The translations under genes were made by a program, and so were the position numbers. A stretch of DNA of 64,000 bases from Candidatus Poriferisocius sp. Its GTDB lineage: Bacteria > Actinomycetota > Acidimicrobiia > Acidimicrobiales > Bin134. The DNA lies in the NCBI RefSeq assembly GCF_965202595.1, contig NZ_OZ241836.1, forward strand, positions 1,360,349 to 1,424,348, in the 5' to 3' direction. The notes below the pieces were generated by a model. The model searched no databases. It had not been told where the DNA came from and saw only the letters and a list, made by a program, of their open reading frames with translations. Shown here piece by piece: positions 1-9,167 of this stretch (positions within the stretch are counted from its first letter, which is position 1; each line of letters begins with the position of its first letter).

Positions 1-244
1 TTGATCCGGCGGAGCCCATCGGCGAGCGAGCGGGGAGCTGAGGGCTTCTCTCCCCCACCCTGCTCGATATCGAAAGGACGGTTCTCGCCGGGTGGTGTCT
101 TCTCATCGGATGGAGGCACGGAACCACATTACCGGCCTCGCCCTCCAAGCTGCTGCTCCAGCAGAAACCGTTAGGCCCGAACGGATAAACGGCAATAGCA
201 GGATTGCCCGCATCGAACCTTCCCCCCGACCGTAAAATGGGCCA

Positions 245-1141
245 ATGCGAGTGGTAGTTGCCGGAGCATCGGGATTGATCGGAACCGCGCTGGTGAACCA
301 TCTCAATGCCGCCGGCCACGAGGTCATCCGGTTGGGGCGCGATCCAGCCGCCCGAGCCGACGACACCCGTTACTGGAACCCGGCCACCGGGGCCATCGAC
401 GACGATGCCTTCGACGGGGTCGAAGGAGTGGTAAATCTGGCCGGTGCGGGGATCGCAGACCGGCGCTGGACAAAAAACCGCCGCCGGGAGTTGCGGCGGA
501 GCCGGGTTGGGGCCACCGAACTTTTGGTTGAAGCCATGATGGCCAACCCCAACCCACCGGGAGTGCTGGTGGCCGGATCGGCAGTCGGCTTCTACGGGGA
601 CCGGGGTGATGAGGTGCTGGATGAGGAATCCGGCCCCGGAACCGGTTTTTTGGCCACCCTGGTTGCCGATTGGGAGGCGGCCGCCACCAGCGCCACCGCG
701 GCCGGTATTAGGGTGGCTCTGGCTCGCACCGGGCTGGTCATGGCCGAGAACGCGCCCTTCCTCACCCGGATGCTGCCCCTGTTCAAGCTGGGTTTGGGGG
801 GACCGCTGGGTCGAGGCCGGCAATGGTGGCCGTGGATTACCCTGGAGGACGAGGTCCGGGCGCTGACCCACCTTCTGGAATCCGACATTGCCGGGCCGGT
901 GAACTTGTGCGCCCCCAATCCGGTAACCAACCAGGAGTTCACCCGGACTCTGGCATCGGTGCTGCGCCGGCCCGCCTTCCTGGCTATCCCCCGGTTCGGT
1001 CCTCAACTCCTGCTGGGTCGCGAATTGGCCGACGAACTGCTGTTCTCCAGCACCCGTGCCCACCCCACCGCCCTCACCACCGCCGGGTTCGAGTTCCACC
1101 ACCCCGACCTGGAAGCCACCCTGAGAGCTCTGCTCCAGTGA
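245..1141 (+). CDS. NAD-dependent epimerase family protein (YfcH/TIGR01777-like, SDR fold)
   Basis: 298-aa ORF with N-terminal Rossmann motif VVAGASGLIGTAL. Length and C-terminal region are typical of YfcH-like epimerases. GC-rich third codon positions. Confidence 0.8.
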   Translation: MRVVVAGASGLIGTALVNHLNAAGHEVIRLGRDPAARADDTRYWNPATGAIDDDAFDGVEGVVNLAGAGIADRRWTKNRRRELRRSRVGATELLVEAMMANPNPPGVLVAGSAVGFYGDRGDEVLDEESGPGTGFLATLVADWEAAATSATAAGIRVALARTGLVMAENAPFLTRMLPLFKLGLGGPLGRGRQWWPWITLEDEVRALTHLLESDIAGPVNLCAPNPVTNQEFTRTLASVLRRPAFLAIPRFGPQLLLGRELADELLFSSTRAHPTALTTAGFEFHHPDLEATLRALLQ

Positions 1142-1436
1142 GCAACCGCCCCCCACTCAGAACAAGCTCTGCTCCCAAGCTCTGCTCCAGTGAGCAACCG
1201 CCCCCCACTCAGAACAAGCTCTGCTCCCAAGCTCTGCTCCAGTGAGCAACCGCCCCCCACTCAGAACAAGCTCTGCTCCCAAGCTCTGCTCCAGTGAGCA
1301 ACCGCCCCCCACTCAGAACAAGCTCTGCTCCCAAGCTCTGCTCCAGTGAGCAACCGCCCCCCACTCAGAACAAGCTCTGCTCCCAAGCTCTGCTCCAGTG
1401 AGCAACCGCCCCCCACTCAGAACAAGCTCTGCTCCT
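1127..1436. repeat. 52-bp tandem repeat x6 spanning the convergent stop codons of the epimerase gene and rnhA
   Basis: Unit gctctgctccagtgagcaaccgccccccactcagaacaagctctgctcccaa starts at 1127, 1179, 1231, 1283, 1335 and 1387. Each unit contains ...ctccagTGA (epimerase end) and TCAgaacaagctctgctcc (reverse complement of the rnhA end). Confidence 0.92.
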
Positions 1437-1875
1437 CCACCTGGTACTGCTGATCGGCGGCTTCGGTGGCCAGACGGTCGGCCTCTTCGTTCCAGTAATC
1501 CCCGGAATGGCCCTTAACCTTGTGAAAAACAATGGATCGAGTTTGAAACTGCTCAATGATCTGCATCCACAGATCGCGATTGGCCACCGGCTTCTTGTCA
1601 GCCGTTCGCCAACCCCGGCGGAGCCACCCCTGCCACCACTCATCGCGAAAGCAGTTGACCACATAGGTCGAGTCGCTGTACACCTCCAGTGGCCCATCCA
1701 ACGCCAGCAGCGCCTCCCGCACGCCCATCAGCTCCATCCGGTTGCTGGTGGTCTGTGGGGCACCGCCCGACCCGGACCGCCCATCGGGAACCACCCAGGC
1801 CCACCCTCCGGGACCGGGATTGCCCCGGCAAGCCCCATCGGTGTACACCACCGTGGGTTTCTCTGATTCGGTCAT
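1417..1875 (-). CDS. rnhA: ribonuclease HI
   Basis: 152-aa ORF with RNase H motifs: VYTDGACRGNPGPGGWA, NRMEL, VYSDSTYV, KVKGHSG...NEEADRLA. Confidence 0.9.
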   Translation of the reverse strand: MTESEKPTVVYTDGACRGNPGPGGWAWVVPDGRSGSGGAPQTTSNRMELMGVREALLALDGPLEVYSDSTYVVNCFRDEWWQGWLRRGWRTADKKPVANRDLWMQIIEQFQTRSIVFHKVKGHSGDYWNEEADRLATEAADQQYQVEEQSLF

Positions 1876-1971
1876 CTTCCTATGCTATAAGTATTGGTGC
1901 TTGGACTGGGTAATGGTCGGTGAATTTTTTTGACTCCGGCATCTTTCTGTGCTGGCAAAACAAACCCCGGA

Positions 1972-2053
1972 ATTGAAACCATTGCGCCGTGACCATGAAT
2001 TTTTCCCACCAAATTGAAAGCATTGTGCCGTGACCATGAATTTTTCCCACCAA
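1972..2053. repeat. 41-bp tandem duplication (x2) of the aceE start region
   Basis: attgaaa(c/g)cattg(c/t)gccgtgaccatgaatttttcccaccaa occurs at 1972-2012 and 2013-2053. The second copy holds the aceE GTG at 2030. Confidence 0.88.
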
Positions 2054-4726
2054 CTACCGGACACCGATCCGGATGAGACCCGGGAATGGCTCGACAGCCT
2101 CGACGCCGTGGTCAATGCTTTTGGCCGCCAGCGGGGACGGTACCTGCTGCGCCGCCTCCTGGACCGGGCCGACGAGTTGGACATGGGCTTGCCGGGCACG
2201 GTGCAGACACCGTATGTGAACACCATCCCCACCGCCCAGCAACCGTTCTTCCCCGGCGATGAGTTCATCGAGCGCCGCATCCGGGCCTTCATCCGATGGA
2301 ACGCCGCGGTCATGGTGGTCAAGGCCAATAAGAAGGCCGACGGCATCGGTGGGCACCTGTCCACCTTCGCTTCCTCGGCCGCCCTTTACGACGTGGGGTT
2401 CAACCATTTCTTCCGGGGCAAGGAGGACGGGCGGCCCGGCGATGCCGTATACATCCAGGGCCACGCCGCGCCCGGCATCTATGCCCGAGCGTACCTGGAG
2501 GGTCGCCTGAGCGAATCGCAGCTCGACAACTTCAGGATGGAGATCGACGGCGACGGGCTGTCCAGCTACCCCCACCCTCGACTCATGCCCGACTTCTGGG
2601 AGTACCCCACCGTGTCGATGGGGTTGGGGCCCATCAACTCCATCTACCACGCCCGCTTCTACCGCTACCTGCACCACCGCCACATCGAGGACACCAGCGG
2701 GTCCCAGGTTTGGTGCTTCGTGGGTGACGGCGAGTGCGACGAACCCGAAACGTTGGGATCCATCTCGCTGGCGGGCCGGGCCAAGCTCGGCAACCTCATC
2801 TGGGTGGTGAATTGCAACCTCCAGCGCCTGGATGGACCGGTGCGGGGCAATAACAAGATCATCCAGGAGCTGGAGGGCAACTTCCGGGGTTCGGGCTGGA
2901 ACGTGATCAAGGTGATCTGGGGGTCGCGCTGGGACGAGCTTCTGGTCAACGACGTCAACGGCGTGCTGCTGGAAAAGATGATGTCCACGGTGGACGGCGA
3001 GTACCAGCGCTACGCCACCGAATCGGGAGCCTACATCAGGGAGAACTTTTTCGGCCCCGACCCCCGCCTGCGCCAGATGGTGGCCCACCTGAGCGACCGG
3101 GAACTCCAGGACCTGCCCCGGGGCGGCCATGACTACCTCAAGCTGTACGCCGCTTACAAGGCCGCGGTGGAGACCACCGACCGGCCCACGGTGATACTGG
3201 CCAAGACCATCAAGGGCTGGACGCTGGGCGAGGGCCTGGAAGCCCGCAACGCCACCCACCAGATCAAGAAGATGACCACAGCCCAGCTCATGGAGCTGCG
3301 TTCCCGGCTCCGCCTGGAGGAGGAGATCCCCGCCGAGGCCCTCCAGGACGATGCCAACCCCCCTTACTACAAACCCCCGCCCGACTCCCCCGAGCACCAG
3401 TACCTGATGGCCCGCCGCCGGGAGCTGGACGGACCCCTGCCCACCCGGGTGGTGAACATCCGGCGGCCCCTCGAGCTGCCCGACGACAAGCTGTTCGCCG
3501 ACTACGACGAGGGGTCCGGGGGCCGGCAGGTGTCCACCACCATGGTGTTCACCCAGATGCTGCGCAACATGATGCGCGACGAGGACTTCGGGGCCCGAGT
3601 GGTACCCATCGTGCCCGACGAGGCCCGTACCTTCGGCATGGACTCCCTGTTCCGGGAGTTCAAGATCTACGCATCCGAGGGTCAGCTCTATGAGCCGGTG
3701 GATCACGACCTGATGCTGTCCTACGCCGAGGGGCAGGACGGCCAACTCCTTCAGGAGGGCATCACCGAGGCCGGAGCGCTGGCTTCTTGGACGGCGGCGG
3801 CCACCAGCTACGCCACCACGGGCGTGCCCATGGTCCCGTTCTACTCCTTCTACTCCATGTTCGGGTTCCAGCGGGTGGGCGATCTGATCTGGTCGGCAGC
3901 CGATTCCCGGGCCCGGGGCTTTTTGATGGGAGCGACCGCGGGGCGCACCACCCTCATGGGCGAGGGATTACAACATCAGGACGGGCACAGCCACCTGATA
4001 GCCTCCACCGTACCGGCCTGTTGCGCCTACGATCCCGCGTTCGCCTACGAGCTGGGGGCCATCGTGCGGTCGGGGTTGGCTCGGATGTACGGCAACGGGG
4101 GTGGCGAGGACCTCTTCTACTACATAACCATCTACAACGAGAACTACCGCCAGCCCCGCCGGGCCGACTTCATCAGCGACGAGCAGATCCTGTCAGGCCT
4201 CTACCAGTGGAACCACCCGCTGAACGGCACTGACCAGCAGGCCACCGTCATTTTCTCCGGAACCGCCCACCAGGCGGCCCGGGATGCCCAGGCCGAGCTG
4301 GCCGAGCACTACCGGATAGGAGTGGATCTGCTGAGCGCCCCCTCGTTCAAGGCAGCCCGGGAGGAAGCTCTGGCCGTGGAGCGGTGGAACCGCCTCCATC
4401 CCGGGGAGGAACCCAGAGTGCCGATGGTCACCCAACGGCTCGGCGGGGGCCGGGGGCCGGTGGTGGCGGTAACCGACTTCATGACCCTGGTACCCGACCA
4501 GATCTCCCGTTGGGTTCCCCGCCCTTTCATCCCGCTGGGCACCGACGGTTTCGGTCGCTCCGGCACCCGGGAGTCGTTGCGCCGCTTCTTCGAGATCGAC
4601 GCCCCCAGCGTGATCGTCGCCGTTTTGAGTGGCCTGGTCGCGTGCGGCGACCTCGATCCCGCAATCGCGACCGATGCCATCACCCGCTACGACCTCCGCC
4701 GCCCTCACCGCGACCCCACCGGTTAG
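2030..4726 (+). CDS. aceE: pyruvate dehydrogenase E1 component, homodimeric type
   Basis: 898-aa ORF. The size and conserved blocks (GGHLSTFASSAALYDVGFNHFF, VGDGECDEPE, TTMVFTQMLRNMM, GTDGFGRS) are characteristic of AceE. Confidence 0.93.
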   Translation: MTMNFSHQLPDTDPDETREWLDSLDAVVNAFGRQRGRYLLRRLLDRADELDMGLPGTVQTPYVNTIPTAQQPFFPGDEFIERRIRAFIRWNAAVMVVKANKKADGIGGHLSTFASSAALYDVGFNHFFRGKEDGRPGDAVYIQGHAAPGIYARAYLEGRLSESQLDNFRMEIDGDGLSSYPHPRLMPDFWEYPTVSMGLGPINSIYHARFYRYLHHRHIEDTSGSQVWCFVGDGECDEPETLGSISLAGRAKLGNLIWVVNCNLQRLDGPVRGNNKIIQELEGNFRGSGWNVIKVIWGSRWDELLVNDVNGVLLEKMMSTVDGEYQRYATESGAYIRENFFGPDPRLRQMVAHLSDRELQDLPRGGHDYLKLYAAYKAAVETTDRPTVILAKTIKGWTLGEGLEARNATHQIKKMTTAQLMELRSRLRLEEEIPAEALQDDANPPYYKPPPDSPEHQYLMARRRELDGPLPTRVVNIRRPLELPDDKLFADYDEGSGGRQVSTTMVFTQMLRNMMRDEDFGARVVPIVPDEARTFGMDSLFREFKIYASEGQLYEPVDHDLMLSYAEGQDGQLLQEGITEAGALASWTAAATSYATTGVPMVPFYSFYSMFGFQRVGDLIWSAADSRARGFLMGATAGRTTLMGEGLQHQDGHSHLIASTVPACCAYDPAFAYELGAIVRSGLARMYGNGGGEDLFYYITIYNENYRQPRRADFISDEQILSGLYQWNHPLNGTDQQATVIFSGTAHQAARDAQAELAEHYRIGVDLLSAPSFKAAREEALAVERWNRLHPGEEPRVPMVTQRLGGGRGPVVAVTDFMTLVPDQISRWVPRPFIPLGTDGFGRSGTRESLRRFFEIDAPSVIVAVLSGLVACGDLDPAIATDAITRYDLRRPHRDPTG

Positions 4727-4811
4727 AAACCCGCTACGACCTCCACCGCCCCCACCGCGACCCCACCGGTTAGAAACCCATTACGACCTCCGCCGCCTCA
4801 CCGGTTAGAAA
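4683..4811. repeat. 47-bp tandem repeat (about 2.7 copies) of the aceE 3' end including its TAG stop
   Basis: cccgctacgacctccgccgccctcaccgcgaccccaccggttagaaa starts at 4683, 4730 and 4777. The third copy has an internal deletion. Confidence 0.88.
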
Positions 4812-4843
4812 CCGGGCCCTGGGTGGGTTTTCCACCAGGGGTG

Positions 4844-6049
4844 TCAGGCCGGTTGGAGCCGGTTCAGCTCGGTGACGTTGTCCAGCAGGATCTTCTGCTT
4901 GGTGGGGTCGTCGAAGCCCTTGTCCTTCAGCTCCACCAGGTAGTCCAGCGGTTGGGGCATGCCCTCAATGTGGGGCCAGTCACTGCCGAAGATCACCCTA
5001 TCGGGACCCATGTACTGAACCACTTCGGCCACGTCGTCCTCCCAGAAGGGGTTGATCCACACGTGGCGACGGAACAGCTCGGAGGGATCCTCTTTGAACC
5101 ACCCGACGTTCTTCTTGGTGGCCTGGCCCAGCTTGCGGAACATGTCGCCCAAGAACTGAGAGCCGTTCTCGACCGAGGCAACCCTCAGGTTGGTGAACCG
5201 CTCGAACAGTTTCTCCAGCGCCAGGGTGATCAGGTAGTCGTAGGCGGCCCGCTCGATGTTGTAGGCCTTGATGCTGGGCTTGTACTTGCGCTGTTTGGCC
5301 ATGCCGGCCGAGCCGAAGCCGTCCACGTCGTAGCCCTGGGTGGTGTAGCCGCTGTCGCCGGCGTGGACCACCGCACAGATGCCGGCCTCGTTGATCCGGG
5401 CCCAGAACGGGTCGAAGTGCTCGTCGGCCGGTGACTTGAATCCGTCCGCGGTCCACACCGCCGCCGGCCGCATCACGATGGTGCGGGCACCGCGGTCCAG
5501 GCACCATTCCAGCTCCTCACAGGCCCACTCGACATCGCCCAGCGCAATGTAGGGGGAAGCGTAGAGGGTGTCCCGGTAGGAGAAACCCCACTGCTCGTCC
5601 AACCAGCGGTTGAAGCCCCGGAACAAGGCGCACACAGCGGCGATGTCGGTCTTGATCAGCTCCTCGTAGAGCACTCCCAGCGTGGGGAACAACCACACCG
5701 ACCGCAGCCCCTGCTCAGCCACCTTGTCCGCCCGGGCATCCCGGTCATCCACGTAGTAGCGGGGCAACTGCTCCCGCCTGCTCAACATGTCGGCGGGGTT
5801 CCGACCCTCGGGATTGCCCCTGAAGTAGTCGTGCATCGCTCCGGGCAGCGCGATTGGATCCCAGGTGGGGTTGACCACCGCATGGCTGATCTTTCCCCCC
5901 ACCAGGTGGTAGCGGCGACCGTTCACCTCAGCCCACTGCACGCAACGGGGTTGCATGGCCGGTTCGACATGGCGGGTGAAGGCATCCACCGCCTCGTAGT
6001 AGTGGTTATCGCAGTCGAAGGGGGTATAACCGAGCTCATCCACGGTCAC
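4844..6049 (-). CDS. amidohydrolase family protein (PF04909/amidohydrolase_2-like)
   Basis: The C-terminal 400 aa of the 804-aa ORF look like a metal-dependent hydrolase (DCDNHYYE..., VIFGSDWPHIEG). I set the start at the in-frame GTG at 6049 (alternative GTG at 6043). The upstream 400 aa are low-complexity read-through of the intergenic region and antisense of the SDR gene. Confidence 0.75.
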   Translation of the reverse strand: MTVDELGYTPFDCDNHYYEAVDAFTRHVEPAMQPRCVQWAEVNGRRYHLVGGKISHAVVNPTWDPIALPGAMHDYFRGNPEGRNPADMLSRREQLPRYYVDDRDARADKVAEQGLRSVWLFPTLGVLYEELIKTDIAAVCALFRGFNRWLDEQWGFSYRDTLYASPYIALGDVEWACEELEWCLDRGARTIVMRPAAVWTADGFKSPADEHFDPFWARINEAGICAVVHAGDSGYTTQGYDVDGFGSAGMAKQRKYKPSIKAYNIERAAYDYLITLALEKLFERFTNLRVASVENGSQFLGDMFRKLGQATKKNVGWFKEDPSELFRRHVWINPFWEDDVAEVVQYMGPDRVIFGSDWPHIEGMPQPLDYLVELKDKGFDDPTKQKILLDNVTELNRLQPA

Positions 6050-6083
6050 CAGGCTACCGCGTGCACGGGCGGCATTGCTGATA

Positions 6084-6192
6084 GATGAGGGTTCCAACTT
6101 TGGAAGCACCGCCGCTGAAGGCAGAGATGGGGCGAGCACCGGACACGCGGTGATGGATGAAGGTTCCAACTTTGAAAGCACCGCAGCCGGTA
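6084..6192. repeat. direct repeat pair, 72-bp offset, in a divergent intergenic region
   Basis: gatga(g/a)ggttccaactttg(g/a)aagcaccgc occurs at about 6084 and 6156. A weaker third echo lies at the SDR start (6198). Confidence 0.65.
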
Positions 6193-6202
6193 ACGTCGAT
6201 GA

Positions 6203-6964
6203 ATGGATAGGTTCGATCTGGATGGGCGAGTGGCCATCGTCACCGGTGCCTCCCGGGGAATCGGTTGCGCGCTGGCGCTGGGGTTGGCCGAGGCGGGGGC
6301 GAAGGTGGTGGCGGCCAGCCGCACGCTGGAGGCTTGCCAAGACCTGGCCGATCGAATAGTCGCGGCCGGCGGGGAGGCTCTGGCCGTCCAGGTGGATGTT
6401 GGCTGCCTCGACCAGCATCAACCGCTGCTGGAGGCCACCATCGGCCACTTCGGCCGCCTCGACATCCTGGTTAACAACGCCGGGATCCTGCGCCCCCACC
6501 TCACCACCCGGGTCACCCCCGAGGAGCTGGACGACATACTGGCGGTAAACCTCAAGGGGCCTCTCTTTTTGTCGCAGGCGGCGCTGGATCACCTGGCAGC
6601 CGGCGGGACCGGGTCCATCATCAACATCGGGGCACTGGGGGCCTTCCAGCCGATGGAGGGCATCGGGGCCTACTGCGCCGCGAAGGCAGCCATGGCCAAC
6701 TGGACCACCACCATGTCCCGGGAGTGGGCCGCCCGGGGAGTGCGGGTGAACCTGCTGGTGCCCGGCCCCGTGGCCACCGACATGATCCTGCCCCGGGATC
6801 CCCAGGCCCGAGCCCGCTTCGAGGACGAGGTGGCGGCCGAAACCATCTTCGGCCGCCTCGGCATCCCCGATGATCTGGTGGGAGCCGCGGTGTTCCTGGC
6901 TAGCGATGCCTCTGCGTTCATGAGCGGCCGCCCGGTGTTCGTGGACGGCGGAATGCTGCGCTGA
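6203..6964 (+). CDS. SDR family oxidoreductase (FabG-like)
   Basis: 253-aa ORF with TGASRGIG cofactor motif, NNAG, and the YxxxK region (YCAAKAA). Confidence 0.9.
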   Translation: MDRFDLDGRVAIVTGASRGIGCALALGLAEAGAKVVAASRTLEACQDLADRIVAAGGEALAVQVDVGCLDQHQPLLEATIGHFGRLDILVNNAGILRPHLTTRVTPEELDDILAVNLKGPLFLSQAALDHLAAGGTGSIINIGALGAFQPMEGIGAYCAAKAAMANWTTTMSREWAARGVRVNLLVPGPVATDMILPRDPQARARFEDEVAAETIFGRLGIPDDLVGAAVFLASDASAFMSGRPVFVDGGMLR

Positions 6965-6995
6965 ATCGCCTCGGCAGGACGAAGACACCGGAGCA

Positions 6996-7103
6996 GGATG
7001 AAAGGTGCGCGTTCGCAAACCCGACACCGGGCGTGTCGAACCCATCGGATGATCCAGCAACTCGCGGGGATGAAAGGTGCGCGTTCGCAAACCCGACACC
7101 GGG
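6996..7103. repeat. 36-nt direct repeat pair, 72-bp offset, between the SDR gene and rpe
   Basis: ggatgaaaggtgcgcgttcgcaaacccgacaccggg occurs at 6996-7031 and 7068-7103 with an unrelated 36-nt filler. Confidence 0.88.
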
Positions 7104-7115
7104 TAGGGTCGGATC

Positions 7116-7787
7116 ATGGCCTTTGAGGTGCTGATCGCCCCCTCGGTGCTACCTGCCGATTTTGCCCGCTTGGGCGAGGAGTGCACCGGTTTGGAGAAGG
7201 CCGGGGCCGACCGGATCCACTGGGACGTGATGGATGGGCGGTTCGTGCCCAACCTCACCTTCGGCCCCGACGTGATCGCCTCCGTCCGACCCCTGGTATC
7301 GCTACCGTTCGAGGCTCACCTGATGGTCGAGGCTCCCCATGAGCTGGCCCACCGTTACGCGGCGGCGGGCTGCGACCTGCTCACCGTACATGTCGAGGCC
7401 TGCCCCCACCTGCACCGCACGCTGGGAGCTGTTCGAGAATTGGGGATGGACGCCGGTGTAGCCCTGAACCCAGCCACCCCGGCATCGGCGGTGGCCCATG
7501 TACTGGATCTGTGTCAACTGGTGCTGGTGATGACCGTCAACCCCGGCTGGGGTGGCCAGTCCTACATCGCCGCCATGGAATCCAAAGTGGCCGAAGTCCG
7601 GGCGATGATCGACGAGGGTGGCCACGATGTGAAAGTAGAGGTGGACGGTGGCATCGGCCCGGTCACCATCACCGCCGCCGCCCGGGCCGGGGCCGAGGTG
7701 TTCGTGGCCGGAAGCGCGGTGTTCTCCGACAACCTGGGGTTCGACCACGCGATCACCGAGTTGCGGAGAGCAGCCACCGGCCACTGA
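7116..7787 (+). CDS. rpe: ribulose-phosphate 3-epimerase
   Basis: 223-aa ORF with IAPSVLPADFARLGEE...HWDVMDGRFVPNLTFG and VMTVNPGWGGQ motifs. Confidence 0.93.
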   Translation: MAFEVLIAPSVLPADFARLGEECTGLEKAGADRIHWDVMDGRFVPNLTFGPDVIASVRPLVSLPFEAHLMVEAPHELAHRYAAAGCDLLTVHVEACPHLHRTLGAVRELGMDAGVALNPATPASAVAHVLDLCQLVLVMTVNPGWGGQSYIAAMESKVAEVRAMIDEGGHDVKVEVDGGIGPVTITAAARAGAEVFVAGSAVFSDNLGFDHAITELRRAATGH

Positions 7788-7840
7788 CCATGCAAAACCG
7801 GCAGGAATGCGATCACCGAGTTGCGGAGAGCAGCCACCGG
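7749..7840. repeat. 32-nt direct repeat pair, 60-bp offset, of the rpe 3' end
   Basis: gcgatcaccgagttgcggagagcagccaccgg occurs at 7749-7780 (true rpe end) and 7809-7840. Confidence 0.9.
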
Positions 7841-8317
7841 AAACCGGTTGCGACCTCGCTAGTAACACTGCTGGCCGCCGCCGCGGTTTTATCGGCAATG
7901 GGGGCATGTGGTGGGGATCAGCCCGACCTGGCTGCTTTCTGCCAGAAGCTCGGTGCTGCCTCCGGGCCCGAGGGAGCGCTGGCCTCGCTCGCCCCCAACG
8001 ACCCGAATGCTGCCGAGGTGGCCGCCAAGGAGTTGGAAGACCTGCGCAGGATCGCACCTTTGGAGATCAGACCATCGCTGACCACTATCAATGCCACCAT
8101 GGGCCTGGTTCTCGCGGCGTTTGAGGATCCCGATGGCAACAGCCGCCAGAGCTTGCAGAGGATGGAGAACGAGATGGCCGCCTACACCGAGGCAGCCAGC
8201 AAGTTGGACGGTTTTGCCGCCGACCACTGCGGATTGGAACTGAACCCCGCGATTCCAGCCCCCACCATCAACCCCGACCGGATCACCGAGGAGGTGGAAT
8301 TGAACGTGAAGGGCTAA
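7790..8317 (+). CDS. putative lipoprotein, function unknown
   Basis: The in-frame ATG at 7790 lies 3 nt after the rpe stop. Hydrophobic segment LVTLLAAAAVLSAMGACGG has a lipobox-like Cys. The N-terminal 17 codons run through the duplicated rpe-end copy, so the start is uncertain. Confidence 0.5.
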   Translation: MQNRQECDHRVAESSHRKPVATSLVTLLAAAAVLSAMGACGGDQPDLAAFCQKLGAASGPEGALASLAPNDPNAAEVAAKELEDLRRIAPLEIRPSLTTINATMGLVLAAFEDPDGNSRQSLQRMENEMAAYTEAASKLDGFAADHCGLELNPAIPAPTINPDRITEEVELNVKG

Positions 8318-8319
8318 TC

Positions 8320-8414
8320 ACGATGACGTGGTCAATAATGCCGGGCCCGCAGACACCACCACACCGAATCAGATCATCTCACCGCGCTTGACGATGACGT
8401 GGTCAATAATGCCG
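8320..8414. repeat. 24-nt direct repeat pair, 71-bp offset, of a clpP 3'-proximal segment
   Basis: acgatgacgtggtcaataatgccg occurs at 8320-8343 (intergenic) and 8391-8414 (inside clpP, codons for IIDHVIV). Confidence 0.85.
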
Positions 8415-8959
8415 TACTGCTTGGCCTGTTCGGCGGTGAACCAGCGGTCCCGGTCGGAGTCGATCTCGACCTGTTCCATCGACTGGCCGGTGTGGTGAGC
8501 TATGCGCTCGGCCAGAAGCGCCTTCACATAGGCGTGCTGCTCGGCCTGGATGGCGATGTCGGAGGCCTGCCCCCGAACCCCACCGAGGGGCTGGTGCATC
8601 ATGATCCGGGCATGGGGCAGGGCGTAACGTTTGCCGGGCGCGCCGGCGCACAGCAGGAACTGGCCCATCGAGGCCCCGAGGCCCATGCAGATGGTTCCCA
8701 CATCCGGGGCGATGAACTGCATGGTGTCGTAGATCGCCATGCCCGAGGTGACCGATCCGCCCGGGGAGTTGATGTACAGCCAGATGTCCTTCTCGGGATC
8801 CTCGCCCTCCAAGTACAGGAGCTGGGCGGTTATGTAGTTGGCGATGTCGTCATCCACATCGGTTCCCAGGAAAACGATGCGGTTCTTCAACAACCGGTTG
8901 TAGATCTCGAATGCGCCGCGGTCGGGGCTGCCCGGCTCGAACATGGCGGGGGTGGTCAT
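8369..8959 (-). CDS. clpP: ATP-dependent Clp protease proteolytic subunit
   Basis: 197 aa from Met-51 of the 246-aa ORF. Contains the catalytic Ser context GLGASMG and [19 protein letters not shown]. The upstream 50 codons are read-through of the tRNA region. Confidence 0.92.
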   Translation of the reverse strand: MTTPAMFEPGSPDRGAFEIYNRLLKNRIVFLGTDVDDDIANYITAQLLYLEGEDPEKDIWLYINSPGGSVTSGMAIYDTMQFIAPDVGTICMGLGASMGQFLLCAGAPGKRYALPHARIMMHQPLGGVRGQASDIAIQAEQHAYVKALLAERIAHHTGQSMEQVEIDSDRDRWFTAEQAKQYGIIDHVIVKRGEMI

Positions 8960-8993
8960 GGCCCAAGCGTACCGGCCCACCACCATTGCCCAG

Positions 8994-9082
8994 CCATCCA
9001 ACCCCGACCCCACCCCAAAAGTGCGCCAGGTGGGACACCCCCATCCAACCCCGACCTCACCCCAAAAGTGCGCCAGGTGGGA
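8994..9082. repeat. 42-nt direct repeat pair, 47-bp offset, duplicating the 3' 14 nt of tRNA-Leu plus 28 nt downstream
   Basis: ccatccaaccccgacc(c/t)caccccaaaagtgcgccaggtggga occurs at 8994-9035 and 9041-9082. Confidence 0.88.
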
Positions 9083-9153
9083 CTCGAACCCACACGGGCT
9101 TTCGCCCACAGGGACCTAAACCCTGCACGTCTGCCGAATTCCGCCACTGGCGC
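9069..9153 (-). tRNA. tRNA-Leu (anticodon UAG), type II with long variable arm
   Basis: Manual cloverleaf: acceptor GCGCCAG/CTGGCGC; 3-bp D stem; anticodon stem CAGGG/CCCTG with loop TT-TAG-GT; variable arm TGGGCGAAAGCCCGT; T arm GTGGG-TTCGAGT-CCCAC; discriminator A. CCA is not encoded. Confidence 0.87.
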
Positions 9154-9167
9154 GCGGTGGGGCCAGG

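Noticed and set aside
6050-7258. N-terminal 400 aa of the 804-aa minus-strand ORF (4844-7258)
   Set aside because: Homology to amidohydrolases starts at about 6049. The upstream part is Pro/Arg/Gly-rich read-through across the repeat-bearing intergenic region and is antisense to the SDR gene.
8960-9109. N-terminal 50 codons of the 246-aa clpP ORF
   Set aside because: They are the reverse translation of the tRNA-Leu gene and its duplicated 3' end. The ClpP homology begins at Met-51.
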